A DNA stretch of 64,000 bases from Selaginella moellendorffii (GCF_000143415.4 NW_003314265.1:1322446-1386445); one strand, 5' to 3'. Positions 23,815-36,469 are shown, counted from the first letter of the stretch. Made by a program: numbers and translations. The notes: a model not told the origin generated them from the sequence alone.

Positions 23815-24704
23815 TAGAGAGGTTTTTATGCTTGTTGGAGACGCATTCTTTGGCATCTTAGTCTCGGTCTTTCGTCGTATCCCTTTTGCTGAGCTGCTCA
23901 TCTCAGTGTTGCGAGAATTTTCCTCCAAGTTAGACGTTTCTGTCTCCGCACTGAGAGTCGTCGTTCGATCTGAATAGAAACGTACTGTCGTGTAAGACGT
24001 CTTTGATCTCAAGGGAATTTTGGGGGTTGCGGAGTCAAGTGGCTTTGCTTTTGCGAGCCTCCGCACTGGGCCAATATCAACATCATTTTCTAAAGGGCAT
24101 CTGTCAAGTAGTCGCTTCGTTTGATGTGCATTACTCGCTTGAGAGAGCTTTGCGCGTTCATCTTGAAGCTAAACTAATCTCCTTTCTGTACTGAACAGGG
24201 AGTAGAGCATCGGTGTCGTTGCGGCGGCATGCAAATTTATCATCTCGTCCCACCGAGAAGCTCTACGACGAACAAAAAGTAGTAGTATCGTACCCGCGGG
24301 ATTATGGACTGGCATCATGTTCTTCACCAAACTTGTCCAACTCGAGTATTTCTGTGACGCAACACAGCCTACGATCTCGACTGGCAACGGAAAAAGCTGC
24401 GAGAAGACGAGGAACAAGTGGCTGGCAGAGGCAGACTAAACCAAAGCATCAGAGAGTCACTCTCCGGAGGCATTACAGGTTCTTGGTAGCAGCGTCGCCG
24501 TCAAAAATCATTGGAAAGGAGAAACTCGAGTCAATCCGAGGGATGGTTTCAACACGCTTGGGATGAGGCCGGGCTTTACCATTTTAAAAATGGCAGGATC
24601 TTGCACGGTTTTGCCTCGGGAGTACAAGCGTTCAAAGAAGGCCGAGAAAGTTTTCTCCTAAAGACCAGGTATGTGTTTTTCTATCTCGTTGGTTTCTCCT
24701 TTTT

Positions 24705-24705
<1 letters not shown>

Positions 24706-24738
<33 letters not shown>
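24706..24738. repeat. (CT)n microsatellite
   Basis: About 16 CT units. Confidence 0.95.
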
Positions 24739-24741
<3 letters not shown>

Positions 24742-25374
24742 TCCGATGTACACTCACAAGAATTGTAGATCGAGCTCGGAGGCACCTAACAATCAAAGTC
24801 GTCGATCGACCGCCTCTACCACTCCAAGCTAGCAAGCGGTCCCTCCCTCCATCCAGCGAGGTTTGTAAGGAATCCATTCGTTTTTGTTTCCTTCTTCGAA
24901 TTTATTGTGCTAGTGGCGTTCCTAGCGCTGTGATTGATCGTTTTCTCTCGTGATCCTTGCGCCAGGCTAGTTTTTCCGCTCCTTTTATCATCGTTGGAAT
25001 GATTGTCCGTAATTGGTATCGTTAGATTGAGTCACACAACTTTGGTGGCGCTGCGAGGCCTGGTAATTCTCACATTTGATCTTCGTATCGTAGCTCCACC
25101 ACTCACCACTTTTTTTTTCCTCCCTTGCTTTGCAGGATCGCTTGCTCGAGCACAAATCCGGCATGAAAAACCGAAAGCGATCCCCGCTTTCCTGCATGCG
25201 GGACATTGTGATGTGTAACAAACACACGGGCCGTACGCGGTACGAAAAGCGATCGATCTCTTGCGCGCCAGATCCAACGGCTGCTTTTAAGTTTTATATT
25301 GTCAACGGGATATTCGGGATCTATTTGAGTTTTTAGGGCGATTTAGGGTTTTAGCGAATCCCGGTAGCGATGCG

Positions 25375-28300
25375 ATGGAGCTCAGCACCGCGAATTCCCA
25401 GCTTCCATCGCTTGGATCTGTTCTAGGCGGCTTAATGCTGGCAGATAAGCGCGAGATTAATCGCGCTTGCTTGCCGGGGAATTCCAGCAGTAAGTTCTTC
25501 TATTTTTTCTTTCTAGAGGAGATTGATTTGCATTGAATGTATAGGCACGAATCAGCGCTTGGTTTATTTGTTAGAACACGTGAAATGTCTCTCCAACGAC
25601 GAGGGAACAATTGTGAAGATTTGTGTTACTCTGCTAAGAGACGTAAGTTTTTCTCTCTCTCTCTCTCTCGTTTATGGTTCTCATTTTCTTTTTTCTTCCT
25701 TTCGAATACCAGCCTAAGAACCGGAAGAAGGCCCTTCTTATAATTCAATGGCTGTTTCAAAAAGACGAAGCCTGGAATCCAGTTGTGAAGACTCTCACGC
25801 TCTTAATATGCTCCACGGAGTTTGATCGCTATATCAAGTTAGGGAGCTGCTTGGTCGTCAAAGAGCTGCTAGATAACATTTCGGGACAACGAGGTATGAA
25901 TCCGCAGAAAGAAAAGATTGGGCTTTTGACTTACATGAGGCATCTAATCTCAGAGTTGGCGTCGAGGGAATTCCAGTCTGCGACGATATTCTCAACGTGC
26001 GTGCCTCACCTTGTTGGACTAGTTCGTGACGCCAGGTCCGATTTAGTTTCGATAAGTTGCGTTATCTATGCTGATATTTCAGTGTCAAGGACGGGAATAA
26101 GATACTTCCCACACGACTTACGATTGCAGCTGCGGATTGTGCGCTGGGAATCACCAAGTTTCTCGCCTGCGCACAAGACACGAATCTGGATACTAGTCTC
26201 TGGGATCAACGGGACAAAATATTGGCTCTCGTCTCTGAGCTCTACCAGGTACAATGCTTGTACACTACTTTGAGAACCTTTTTGTTTCACTTTATTCTTT
26301 CGAAGTGGAATTGCGACACACGTCTGTTGTATGCAGCCGGATTGATGCAGGTCCAAAATCATCTTCGTCAAATTGCAGCAAGTGAAGGTCAGAGCCAGTT
26401 TTACTTTTACAAGCGCTGACATGCTCAAGTTTTTGCAGATAAATTCCTTTCGAGCTCCGTGCTGAGATTATGCTGGAAAGAATACAGCAGCCTTTTGATT
26501 TCCGATGCACACACAGCATCTTTTCCATCTCAGAGTTTTCAAAGATTTTTTACGGGGCTACAGGTACTTTCGTCGTGATAAAAGCATTGACTTTTAGCTT
26601 GATGTTAGTGGTTCTATCACTTGTAAAGCACCATATGCCAGATGGGGATCGTGAAAGCGAAAAAAGCTGGTCTAAGATGCGTTGCTATTTTCTGACGTGC
26701 CTCGCTCTTTTACTTGGACATCTGGACGCTGACAAACTTGATTCCCTATCGCTTGATGATGGAGAATTGTCACGACTTCTTTTGTGCATGGTAAAAATCA
26801 ATTTTATTTTCTTGATGTGCTCTTAACATTTACGCAGCTATCTAGAAACGAGAAAGAAACCGTGGTTATTGCAGTTGCGATATTGAGGTTTCTTCTGTCC
26901 AAATTCATAAACACCGAGAAGACGAGCAAAGATTTTATGGTCACATTTGAGAAGAGTTTAATGGAGGCTTTCTACAGAAACGAAAGGCCCTCAACCACGA
27001 CCGTCGACTTTGTTGCAGAGTATTTTCTACTGTATCCTGTGTTGGCATTTGTTAGCATTCATGGTTCCTTCTTAACAGTTTTAGCCATCCATCGCCAGAT
27101 TTACAAAGAGTGTTTCTTCTGATTGATTCGGAAAATCTCTGTCGGCGACAAAACGGTATTGACATTCTTGAAACACTAGTGCGAAGAGTTTGCGACTCAA
27201 AAGCTTTGAACACTTCGTCTCTAAGGTTCGAAAGTATCACATCAACTACTTGCGTTTATCTATCCGCTTTGACAGTCATATTCTTGCAACGCATTTGTTG
27301 AAGCGCGTCCACGATGCGGTACTCATGGATCGTACTAGTGCCTCAGCGTTGTTTGTAAAACTTGGTAAGCACGTATCACTTGAAAATTAACGTCTAATTT
27401 ACTTCTACTGCACTATGATACCCAGATCCATCAGTTGTAATGCCTTCTCTTATCCAACTTCTATACGATCCCGATCAGAAAGCTCAACATTTTGCACGTT
27501 CAACGCTTCTTGCCGTTTTAGAACACAATTCGGATCAACGGCAAGCTGTGTCTGTCCTCCTGGACTGTGTTCGGTGAGTGCATTAGCCGAATTTTTCTGA
27601 TGGCTTACATGGCTGTGGTTTTTCAGAAATCTTTCTTTAGCTTCTCGAGCTGGAGAAGGTGGAACGAGTGTCCTCACCAGAAAAACAGGTATATTTTTTA
27701 GCTGCTTCACAAAAGCACTAAAGCTTCCTTTTTATGCTAGATATTGATCAAATAATGAGGCTTCTGCCATCTTGGGCTCCTTCGGTAAGTGCCAGATACT
27801 GTATTGGCTTATGGTTAAAACAATACCTTGGAACAGGTGAAAGACTGGAACGTTTTGGCTATTTTCCTCCTTGAGAAGATGTTCAGTGATCCATCAAATC
27901 CTTTGCTTCCAAGGTTTCTGAGTGAAATCAGTAGCCACTTGGCTGATGTGCACCAACTCGTTTTCGCGCGCACGCTTCAAGAAATGTTGGAGGTTTCCAC
28001 GTAAGTTCAGTCAAGAAAAAGAAAGAGCACGCGACATACTCGTGTTGTTTTTGTATGCAGCAACAACAAGGACGTAGGCGATCAAAATCTCTTTCGGAAT
28101 CTTAGTCCACTGCTTGTGTTGAAGCTACTGCCTTTGAGAGCTTATGATGCAATCGAATGTGAAGAGCTATACGCGCCTCTACAAGGCAAGCTTTATGATC
28201 ATTTGTTGTTTCTTGTTTTACTAATTTACTGTCTCGCACAGGATTGCCACTAAGCTCCTCCATAACAGGCATGCTGATTGAATGGTATTGTCTTTACCAA

Positions 28301-29607
28301 CGTGCGACCATTTCTCATTCTTACGTCTAACAGGATGTGTACCTCCGAATTCGATGATGTGCGGAAGCTTTCAGCCGAATTAAGTGGACGTCTTCTTCCT
28401 GAGGCAAGTGTATTCACCTCACTGTCGAAAATGATAACTTGTTTCCTTTCAGGTACTGCTCCCGCTTGTGATTGATCAATTAAGAAACGCTATGAACAAT
28501 ATGGATATATTGGCAGTTAAGTCGTGCTTGTATTCAATCTGCAGCTCACTTATGGTACTGGACTCTTTTTTAGTCTTGTAGACGGTATTAATCTAACGTG
28601 CTTCTACGCAGACGAGGGGTTGCCAGAACCTTTCCAATGACGTAATGGGGCAAATCAAAGCTCTCCTTACAACAATGTTGCTCTGGCCTACAAATTCAGA
28701 AGGTATATAAGTGCTCTAGTTTATACCAGAAAAACAAATGTTGACTTTGCACCATCTGCAGAAGTCCAGAAGGCACAACATGGCTGTATCGATTCTTTTG
28801 CTTTTATGATCCGTGCCGAGTTTAACACCTCAATGATTCAGATGATCGACAAAGGTACGAAAGATGGAAGAAGTTCCTTTCATTCTAATTATCGTTTTGC
28901 AGATGAAGGAAATAAGGTGGAGCGAGTTATAAATGTCGTTATGTCTTGCCTGCAAAATCGACCGTATGCCATAGCGACATTGTGTGGCACGTCCCCAGCA
29001 GATTTTTGCGGCTCGGTTAGTATCCAGGACGCCAGTTGTGTTGCTGCTCCGGTCAGTTTTAGAGTGTGCATGGCAAACGTCCTTATAAGTTCCTCCTCCA
29101 AGATAACAGCCAGCTCTCATGATGCATTCTTGTCAGAAGTTATTCCGGTGGTCTCCGCGCTGCTTAAGGTTGGAACTTGAATTGGAAATCTTGTTCTAAC
29201 GGGACTCTTACTTGCAGAGTGAAAGCGAATCTATAGTAAGAGCCGCGTGCGTTCAGGTGCTGTTTAGTGCGGTCTGTAACCTCAAGGAAGCAGCATCATT
29301 GCCCGCATACGCAAAGACTTTGCTCCATATCTCCCTCGATAGCCTGAACAACGACAAAGCAGCAGACGAGGTAGCAAAAGTAAATCTCGTTACTCTCAAA
29401 AGGTCCCGAAATCCCCTTCTGTTCCTATAGGAGAGGCTGGCTGGCGTGAAGCTGCTCGCTGCGCTCCTTGTGCACGAATCCATTCTCAAGGAAGTCGGTT
29501 CCTCACTGGTGAATGCTTTGCAAGTTCTCTCCAGAGTTTCCAGGGCAGACCCCTTGCCGGAAGTCCGCAAGCTCTGTGAGCAGCTTCTAAGCTGCGTTTC
29601 TTCCTGA
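25375..29607 (+). CDS. ARM/HEAT-repeat superfamily protein (resembles the Arabidopsis At3g57570 family), more than 20 short exons
   Basis: Exon peptides ALLIIQWLFQ, DRYIKLGSCL, LPTRLTIAAADC, KMFSDPSN, LSPLLVLKLLPL, EFDDVRKLSAELSGRL, FRVCMANVLISS, ERLAGVKLLAALL, DPLPEVRKLCEQLLSC; telo-box just upstream. Confidence 0.75.
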
Positions 29608-29651
29608 CTTCCATGTGTGAAGGTAAACGAAAATCGTTTTTTTTTTTTTAA

Positions 29652-30080
29652 TTAGTAACACCATTCAAGGTAACCGTTGTTGTTTGCTAGGTGAGAGTCG
29701 AGAGAAAAACCGGTCCAGCGATCCTTTTGATCGTATCCTTTGCACCACCCAGCAAGATCAACATACCTGCCTTCTCCATAGACTTCGACAGTGACGATCC
29801 TCATGCCGTGGCAAGTGGAAGAGAAATCTCGTCCCGGGGTGACAAGGTAATTATCATCGTTGCCAATGTAATCGTTAAGGTTGATATACGCTTTCTTTGG
29901 CCATCCATAGCTCCACTTGCAGCGAGCTCTCAAAACACCTGACTTGTAGTACTTGTAGCTTGAGCAACTTGTTGAAAATGATCCACAGTTTCAAGCATGA
30001 AGTTTGAAAAGTTTTATCACAATTAGAAATCTACATACGTGGGAAAGTGGTAAGATCAGCAACAAGATGATCCAGAGCAT
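29652..30080 (-). CDS. Cyanovirin-N homologue (CVNH lectin) with signal peptide, interrupted by an in-frame TGA (possible pseudogene)
   Basis: MLWIILLLILPLSH...A*NCGSFSTSCS...GVLRARCK...INLNDYIGNDDNYL..PGRDFSSTCHG...LAGWCK...FSLDSHLANNNGYLEW: two CVNH half-repeats. TGA at 29991-29993. Confidence 0.75.
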
Positions 30081-30275
30081 TTCTTCTCTCTGGTTTTCAT
30101 GCTTTTCATGGAGTCCCGCTAGAAATACCAAAAAAGAAAAGATAGAAGTCAATATGTTTGATCACAGAATCGACATTTTCGCTGGAAGTTAAAAGAAGAT
30201 TCAAATCTAAGAGAAATTATTTTATTCAAACAAACGAATCGAGAAGTATACAAGGGGCCGGAGCTCCAGAAGACC

Positions 30276-32012
30276 TCAAACAACATCGGTGAGAGCTCTC
30301 CCTTTTGTTTCGATTGGAAACGAGAAGATCAACGCAGCTGCCATGGCGGAGACGAGCGTGAAGAGCATAATGGCGAGGGAGTGGTGGCACGTCCTTACAA
30401 GCGCCACGGCTACCAGGGGACACAGAATGCCTCCGATCCTGGCGAAAGAGTTTGCGGTGCCCAAGCCCGTTGTTCTAGAAGAAGTTGGATAAACCTTCAC
30501 GAAAGAACATGATCAGTGATGATCCAACGTAAAGTTAGTTACAATACAAGCTCACCTCCGGCGCGTATACGTATAAGATGGTGAAGGAGCCCATGATACA
30601 AGCTCGAGCTCCAAACAAGAGGAACGTAGTGACACCTTCCGGTTGGGGACTAACCAGCGGCGATAAGAAGAGACCACAGAAAATAAACAGGACCGCCATG
30701 GACACCTTCCGGCCATAATAGTCGACCATTGCTGCCGCGATCATCAGTCCAGGAAGCTCTGGAGAGAAACAACGTAAGGTCAAAACCGCAAGAGCTTTGA
30801 GACGAACTTACCAGCACAGCTCGTTATCAAAACATCTCGAAAAACTGGATCTTTGGAGTCGCCGGAGTGAAGGAGCGGCGAATTTTTTCTCGCGGGGGAG
30901 GCGAGCTTACACCTCGTCTGCTGGCTGCTCAGCTGCGACGCCAGCAAAACCAGCCCGTAATAAGTAAAAGCGTTTGCAAAGAAAACCAACCAGAGAAGTA
31001 TGGTGGATCGCAGCAGTGGAGGCGAGAAAAGCACCGCAAACTTGGAGAAGAACTGGATCGGGGGGTCTTTCACCGCGATCACTGCGTTGCTGCCGGGAGT
31101 GGGAGTTTTTTCACACAGGAGCTGCGTGGCTTCCAGCTCCACCCCCTCCTCGTCGTGCTTGTCACCGGAGCAAACAAATCTCCCCTGCGGAAGCTCCAGC
31201 TTGTTTGCAGCGGCCATTTTCTTGAGAATAGCCAGGGCGCTGGCGGTGTCTCCTTTTGCCGCATAGTATCTCGGTGACTCTGGTACCAAAGGATAGAAGA
31301 TCAGTAGGAAAAGGAGCGGGGTGGACGAAACTCCCAGCAGCCATCTCCATCCCAGCCTCGGCATTATAGTCTCAAAGAAGAAAAAAAAACAAAAGGAAAA
31401 AAGAAAGATGGTGAGAAAAAACGCGAGATAAATTACTTACGCGTACCCAAGCTAGAATGGCCTCCAGGATCGAGCCAAGCGTCCAGAAGACCGAGAAGAT
31501 CACCATCAAAGTCCCGCGGTTTGGAGCTGGAACAAACTCCATGAACCACGACGACACCACCGGGCCGCCGCCAAGCCCGATCCCAACCAGAGCTCGCAGG
31601 AAGAGCAGCGCGTAGTAATTTGGAGCGAAGGAGCTCAAGAATCCGGCAATGAAGGTAATCACGGCTGTCGCAAAGAAGCCAATCCTGTGCCACGGATCTT
31701 AGCTCCAAAACTATGGAAAAAATAGTTTTTTCTGAAGAAATCATACCGTCTTCCTTTGGAATCGGACAGCACACCCCACGAGTAAGCCCCGATCATCATC
31801 CCCGCGAAGACGACGCTGGAGATGGTGCTCTCTTGCCGCGGGGACAAATCCCAGAGCTGCTCCACGGCCGGGCCGACGAAGGACAGGAGCATCATCTCCA
31901 TCGCCTCCGCCATCCACGACATACCTGCGTAGACGAGGATCAAGCACTGGAATCGCCCAAACCCTAACGACTCGATCGCGTCGTCCAGGGTGAAGACGCG
32001 CTCTTCCTCCAT
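30276..32012 (-). CDS. OCT7: MFS organic cation/carnitine transporter 7 / SVOP-like
   Basis: FTLDDAIESLGFGRFQ, AEAMEMMLLSFVGP, GVLSDSKGRR, PESPRY, YVYAPE|VYPTSSRTTGLG, PIETKG. Confidence 0.92.
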
Positions 32013-32099
32013 TCAGGAGGCGAGAGAAAATGTGAGCTCAACAAACCCTAAATCTAGCCAATGGTGTGCCAAGTCAGCCCTAAAGTAAAAGCCCCACGT

Positions 32100-34253
32100 T
32101 CAAGGCATATTACCATTCGAAAGAATGTTGGCGAGCAAGACGTAGGACGCACCGTCTTTGGGTTCCAAACCAAGAGCGCTCGTTGGAACATCGCGATCGC
32201 CTTTGATACTAGCACCACCGCTGCTACACGATCCAAGCAGGGATCTCCAATCCATGGCGTCGGCCACAAACGGCATGCTCGCGACGAGATCCAGCGCTCG
32301 CTCCAGATGCCCGGCCCGGCCCAGCAGATTGATCATACAGTTGTAGTGCTGCTTCGTCGGGGCCAGCCCAAAGTCGTAGATCATCGAGACGAAGGAGCTC
32401 CTCGCGGACTCGGTCCCGCCAGTGTGGCTGCGAGCGAGCAACGCGAGCACGAAGGACATGGAGTCCGGGGATTCCACCGCAAGAAGACTGTGGAAAGCTT
32501 CCGTCGCTGCGACTCCAGAGTCCTGGCTCGAGGTGGCAAACGCGGCGAGGATCGAGTTAAACGAGACGAGGTCTCGCTCGGGCATTGAATCGAAGAGCTT
32601 CTTTGCGCTGGCAAGGTCGCGGTTGAGGGAGAATACCCACAGCATCGTGTTCCAAGTAATGAGGCTCCGTTGTGGCATCCGGATGAACATTTGCCTGGCG
32701 TGGTTGAAGAAACCTCTCTGGGCGTAGACGATTAGCATCACTGTCTGGGAGATGAGGTTCGTCTCGGGCATACTAGTGATGAGATAGCAGGCATCTCCTA
32801 GATGCCCGTTCTGGGCATAGGCTGAAAGCATTGCAGTTGACAAGATCAGATCTCTCTGGGGCAAACTTTCAAACAGGGTTTTGGCGGCCTCAATATGGCC
32901 GTTTTGCGAGAACGCTGCCAACAATGTTGTTGACGAGATCAAGTTCTTCTCAGGCATGGTATCAAAGAAAACTTTAGCTCGCTCTAACTGCCCATTTTCG
33001 GTATATGCAGCGAGCATCGAATTCCAACAAGCAATGTTCTTGTGTGGAATCTGGTCAAACATTGCCTTCGCACGGTCAACATGACTGTTTGAAGAATAAG
33101 CTCCTATCATACAGGTCGAAGAAATAACGTTAACTTCCGGCAATGACTCAAAGAGTGTTTCCGCTTCGTGCATTTGCCCCGATTGGGCATATGTGGCAAG
33201 CATAATATTCGAAGAAATTAGATTCCTGTCCTCCATGGATCTATAAAGATGCCTAGCATCTTCGATTCGGTCGCTTTGTACATACGCAGCCAGCATGGCA
33301 TTTACCGTCGTAATATTCCGCAGCGGCATCGAGTCAAACATCCACTTGGCATCCTCCAAGTGGCTGTTCTGGGCATATCCCGCCAGCATGGCATTCCACG
33401 TGGCCACATCGCGCTCGGGCATCTGCTGGAACAGCCTCCGCGCGGCATCCAGTCGTTGGTTCTGGGCGAATCCGGACAGCATCGCATTCCACGTCACCAC
33501 ATTCCTCTCGGGCATCCAGTCGAATATCCTCTTGGCATCTTCCAGCCGGGTGCCGTGCGCGTAGGCCGCCACCATTGCAGTAAGGAGCACAAGGTTGTGC
33601 CGAGAAGATTCCTGGAATACTTTCTTGGCATCTTCCAGATCCCCTCTTTGGGCATATGCGTTGAGCATCGCGGTCGTGGAGACGAGATCCCTTTCAGGCA
33701 TCTCGTCAAAAACAATCTTTGCCAGATCGATCTTAGCGACTAGCGTATAAGACTTTAGCAAAGTTGTCCACGAAACTAGGCTGCGAAGGGGCATAGAATC
33801 AAACACCGACCTTGCCTCAAGAATATGCCCGTTCTGGGCATATGCCGCGAGCATGGAGTTCCACGAGATAAGATTCCTCTCCGGCATGGAATCGAATACG
33901 GCGATGGCCCGACTAAAATCTCGGGAATATGCCGCGAGCATCGTGTTCCACGAGACGATCGTCGTGCCGTGCATCTCACGGAAGAGCTGTGTGGCGGCAT
34001 CGATCTGTCCATTCTTGGCATATGCGGAGAGCATGAGATCCCACGAGAAGCAATCCCTGTCGCCCAGGGCGATGCCGTCGAGAATCTCCCGCGCCCTGCC
34101 AGTGCTCCCGCACCGCCCAAACATCTCCAGGCGCTTGTTGGCCAGGAATCGATCGGCATCGCCGTAGCGAGCACGGACGTGGGCGTCGAGCTTGTCCGCG
34201 GCGGCGAGATCCGTGCACGAATCGAGGAGCTTGATGCATTCCCTGCGATCCAT
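32100..34253 (-). CDS. PLS-class pentatricopeptide repeat protein with tandem short repeats and E domain, no DYW
   Basis: Intronless 717-aa ORF; repeated WNAMLAAYAQNG...AK.MFDSMPERN; HYNCMINLLGRAGHL and ASYVLLANI. Confidence 0.95.
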   Translation of the reverse strand: MDRRECIKLLDSCTDLAAADKLDAHVRARYGDADRFLANKRLEMFGRCGSTGRAREILDGIALGDRDCFSWDLMLSAYAKNGQIDAATQLFREMHGTTIVSWNTMLAAYSRDFSRAIAVFDSMPERNLISWNSMLAAYAQNGHILEARSVFDSMPLRSLVSWTTLLKSYTLVAKIDLAKIVFDEMPERDLVSTTAMLNAYAQRGDLEDAKKVFQESSRHNLVLLTAMVAAYAHGTRLEDAKRIFDWMPERNVVTWNAMLSGFAQNQRLDAARRLFQQMPERDVATWNAMLAGYAQNSHLEDAKWMFDSMPLRNITTVNAMLAAYVQSDRIEDARHLYRSMEDRNLISSNIMLATYAQSGQMHEAETLFESLPEVNVISSTCMIGAYSSNSHVDRAKAMFDQIPHKNIACWNSMLAAYTENGQLERAKVFFDTMPEKNLISSTTLLAAFSQNGHIEAAKTLFESLPQRDLILSTAMLSAYAQNGHLGDACYLITSMPETNLISQTVMLIVYAQRGFFNHARQMFIRMPQRSLITWNTMLWVFSLNRDLASAKKLFDSMPERDLVSFNSILAAFATSSQDSGVAATEAFHSLLAVESPDSMSFVLALLARSHTGGTESARSSFVSMIYDFGLAPTKQHYNCMINLLGRAGHLERALDLVASMPFVADAMDWRSLLGSCSSGGASIKGDRDVPTSALGLEPKDGASYVLLANILSNGNMP

Positions 34254-34302
34254 CCACCCATGGAGAATGCCGCGAGAACTTTTGGCGCCAAGATCTTGGG
34301 AT

Positions 34303-35610
34303 TTAAATTTGAGCTAGGGCTCTTAGATTGAGAGGCTCCACGAACGCGGGAGCTCCGCCCCAGACCTGGTCGCTGATGAATCGCGCCGCCTGGTGTGTGG
34401 GATGGAAATCCCAGAAGAGGTACTTGGATGGGACGTGGCACAGGAATGGCGCATCGCGTCCGCAAGGAATCATCGCATTGTATGCTCCACCGCCACAGCA
34501 GTTCTTCTGCGTCTCCTCAAATCCTGCGAGAAAAGAAAGAAAAATCTCTCGATCGATCCAATTTCCTCGAAATCCTACCGTATTTCGTGCCATTGTTGAT
34601 CATATCGAGGAAGAAATCGTAGGGCTTGACGAGGATGATCTTCGCGTCCGTGAGATTCTTCGTTAGCTCCTGGAAGAGCTGCGCCAGCTTCGTGTTGAAT
34701 GCCAGCGCGAGCTCGTTTGATTCCTCCAAGCAGCCGGTGGCATTGTTGGTGATCTCCTGGAGCAATCGCAGCGACGGCGTGCATCCCAGAGGCCCGATTC
34801 CAGTGATGACGATCTTCCTGGCACCGGATCGATGCAAAGCCTGCTCGATCAAAGCAAGAATTTAAGATCTCTTTTGTGTCGATTGAACCGATGATCCCAA
34901 TCCTTGCTCTTTTCCTTACCAGCAGAGATTTTTGGTACTCGCCGAGGAGGAGATCGACGTATTGCTGGGGGTTGAAAGCCTGCTGGGCGGATCCATTTAG
35001 GAGGTATCCTCCCAGAAGATCATTGCTGCCAGTGACGAGCAAGAAGATGGAAGCCGGGATAGAGAGCTCCCTAGGTTTGCGTCTCTTCACAAACTCCTGG
35101 AATTGCCGGACTTGGGCATTTAGAGGGATGAGATCCTGCAAAAACGATCCAGGAATCAAAACGAAGATCCAAGATCCCTCTCTCAATCAATCAAACATTG
35201 TCCGGATTGTTCGTGCTATCCAAGATCTCACTCCCGGACGATGCAAAGTTCGCCCCTTGCGAGAAATTCGATCCTGGCTTGAGAAACGGTGGCAGCAGTG
35301 CGAGTCCCAGCAATCCAGCTGCGCTCAACCAAATCAAAGTCAAGAATTTCTATAGACAAACTAAAGAAAATTCTTGCGCACCCAAGAAATCTGGAACTAT
35401 TTTCCCGTTGCTGAATCGCCCAGTGGGCTTGAGGAAGAATGTCTCGCCGTAGGGATCGAAATTCGCCGCGTTGGGCACTCCAGCGATGAACACATTGGTT
35501 CCAGCATCGACAAGGGAGTCGCCAAACACAAACATGGCGCGCGCGGCCGCCACCGCGGCACCATTCCCCGCGATCCAGCACAAGATCACGAATAAGAACA
35601 CCATCGCCAT
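34303..35610 (-). CDS. GDSL esterase/lipase
   Basis: Signal peptide, MFVFGDSLVDAG, PTGRFSNG, NFASSG, TGSND, GPLGCTP, YLFWDFHPT. Confidence 0.93.
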
Positions 35611-35852
35611 AGCAGAGCCAAAAGAGAAGCAAACGCAACCTCGAATCAAATCGGCAGAGCAAAGAGCTCTGGAAATGGCATAAGAACAAAGGAGATGCGC
35701 AGTCAGCATTCCACGTCAGATTTCCAAGACGCGTCAGACAGGGAGGGAGAATAATTACGGCATTTCCTACCGTACAAGTTAATGTACACGTGAAGAGAAT
35801 TTTTAGGGTTCTTCGTGCCAGTTCGACCGAATCGATCGAACTTCCCATCGAT

Positions 35853-36404
35853 TTAGGGGCTCTCGTCTCCGGCGGCGTCCTTCTTGGAGCTCCCAGTGCC
35901 AGTCTTCTTCGGTAGCAAGACATTGTGGATGTTGGGCAGCACGCCGCCAGCAGCAATAGTGACGCTGCCCAAGAGCTTCGAGAGTTCTTCGTCGTTCCTC
36001 ACGGCGAGCTGGATGTGCCGTGGAACAATCCTGTTCTTCTTGTTATCCCTGGCCGCATTCCCGGCCAATTCGAGCACCTGGAGATGGAGATGGAGTGACC
36101 AAATCAGCGCGATTGATTCAAAAGAATGAAACAGGGAAGAATTTCAGCGCGATTGATTCCAGACATGGAAAAGAATGAAATAGGGAGAGGGAAGAACACG
36201 AGAGATTTCACTCACCTCTGCCGCCAAGTATTCGAGAACCGCGGCGAGATAGACTGGCGCTCCAGCGCCAACGCGCTCGGCATACTTGCCCGCCTTGAGA
36301 AATCTGGCGATCCTACCCACTGGAAACTGCAATCCGGCCTTGGAACTCCTCGAAGTAGCCTTCTTCCCGGCGGATTTACCCCGACCTCCCCCTCCAGCAG
36401 CCAT
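35853..36404 (-). CDS. H2A: Histone H2A, one intron
   Basis: [46 protein letters not shown]|[14 protein letters not shown]...LLPKK. Confidence 0.97.
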
Positions 36405-36469
36405 GGCAAACCCTACGCGCTCTCGAATCGATCGTTTCCTTCTTGGGAGTGAATCCCCCTGGGCGCTCC

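Noticed and set aside
24960-25280. snoRNA or miRNA hairpin
   Set aside because: No convincing C/D boxes, stem or known mature sequence
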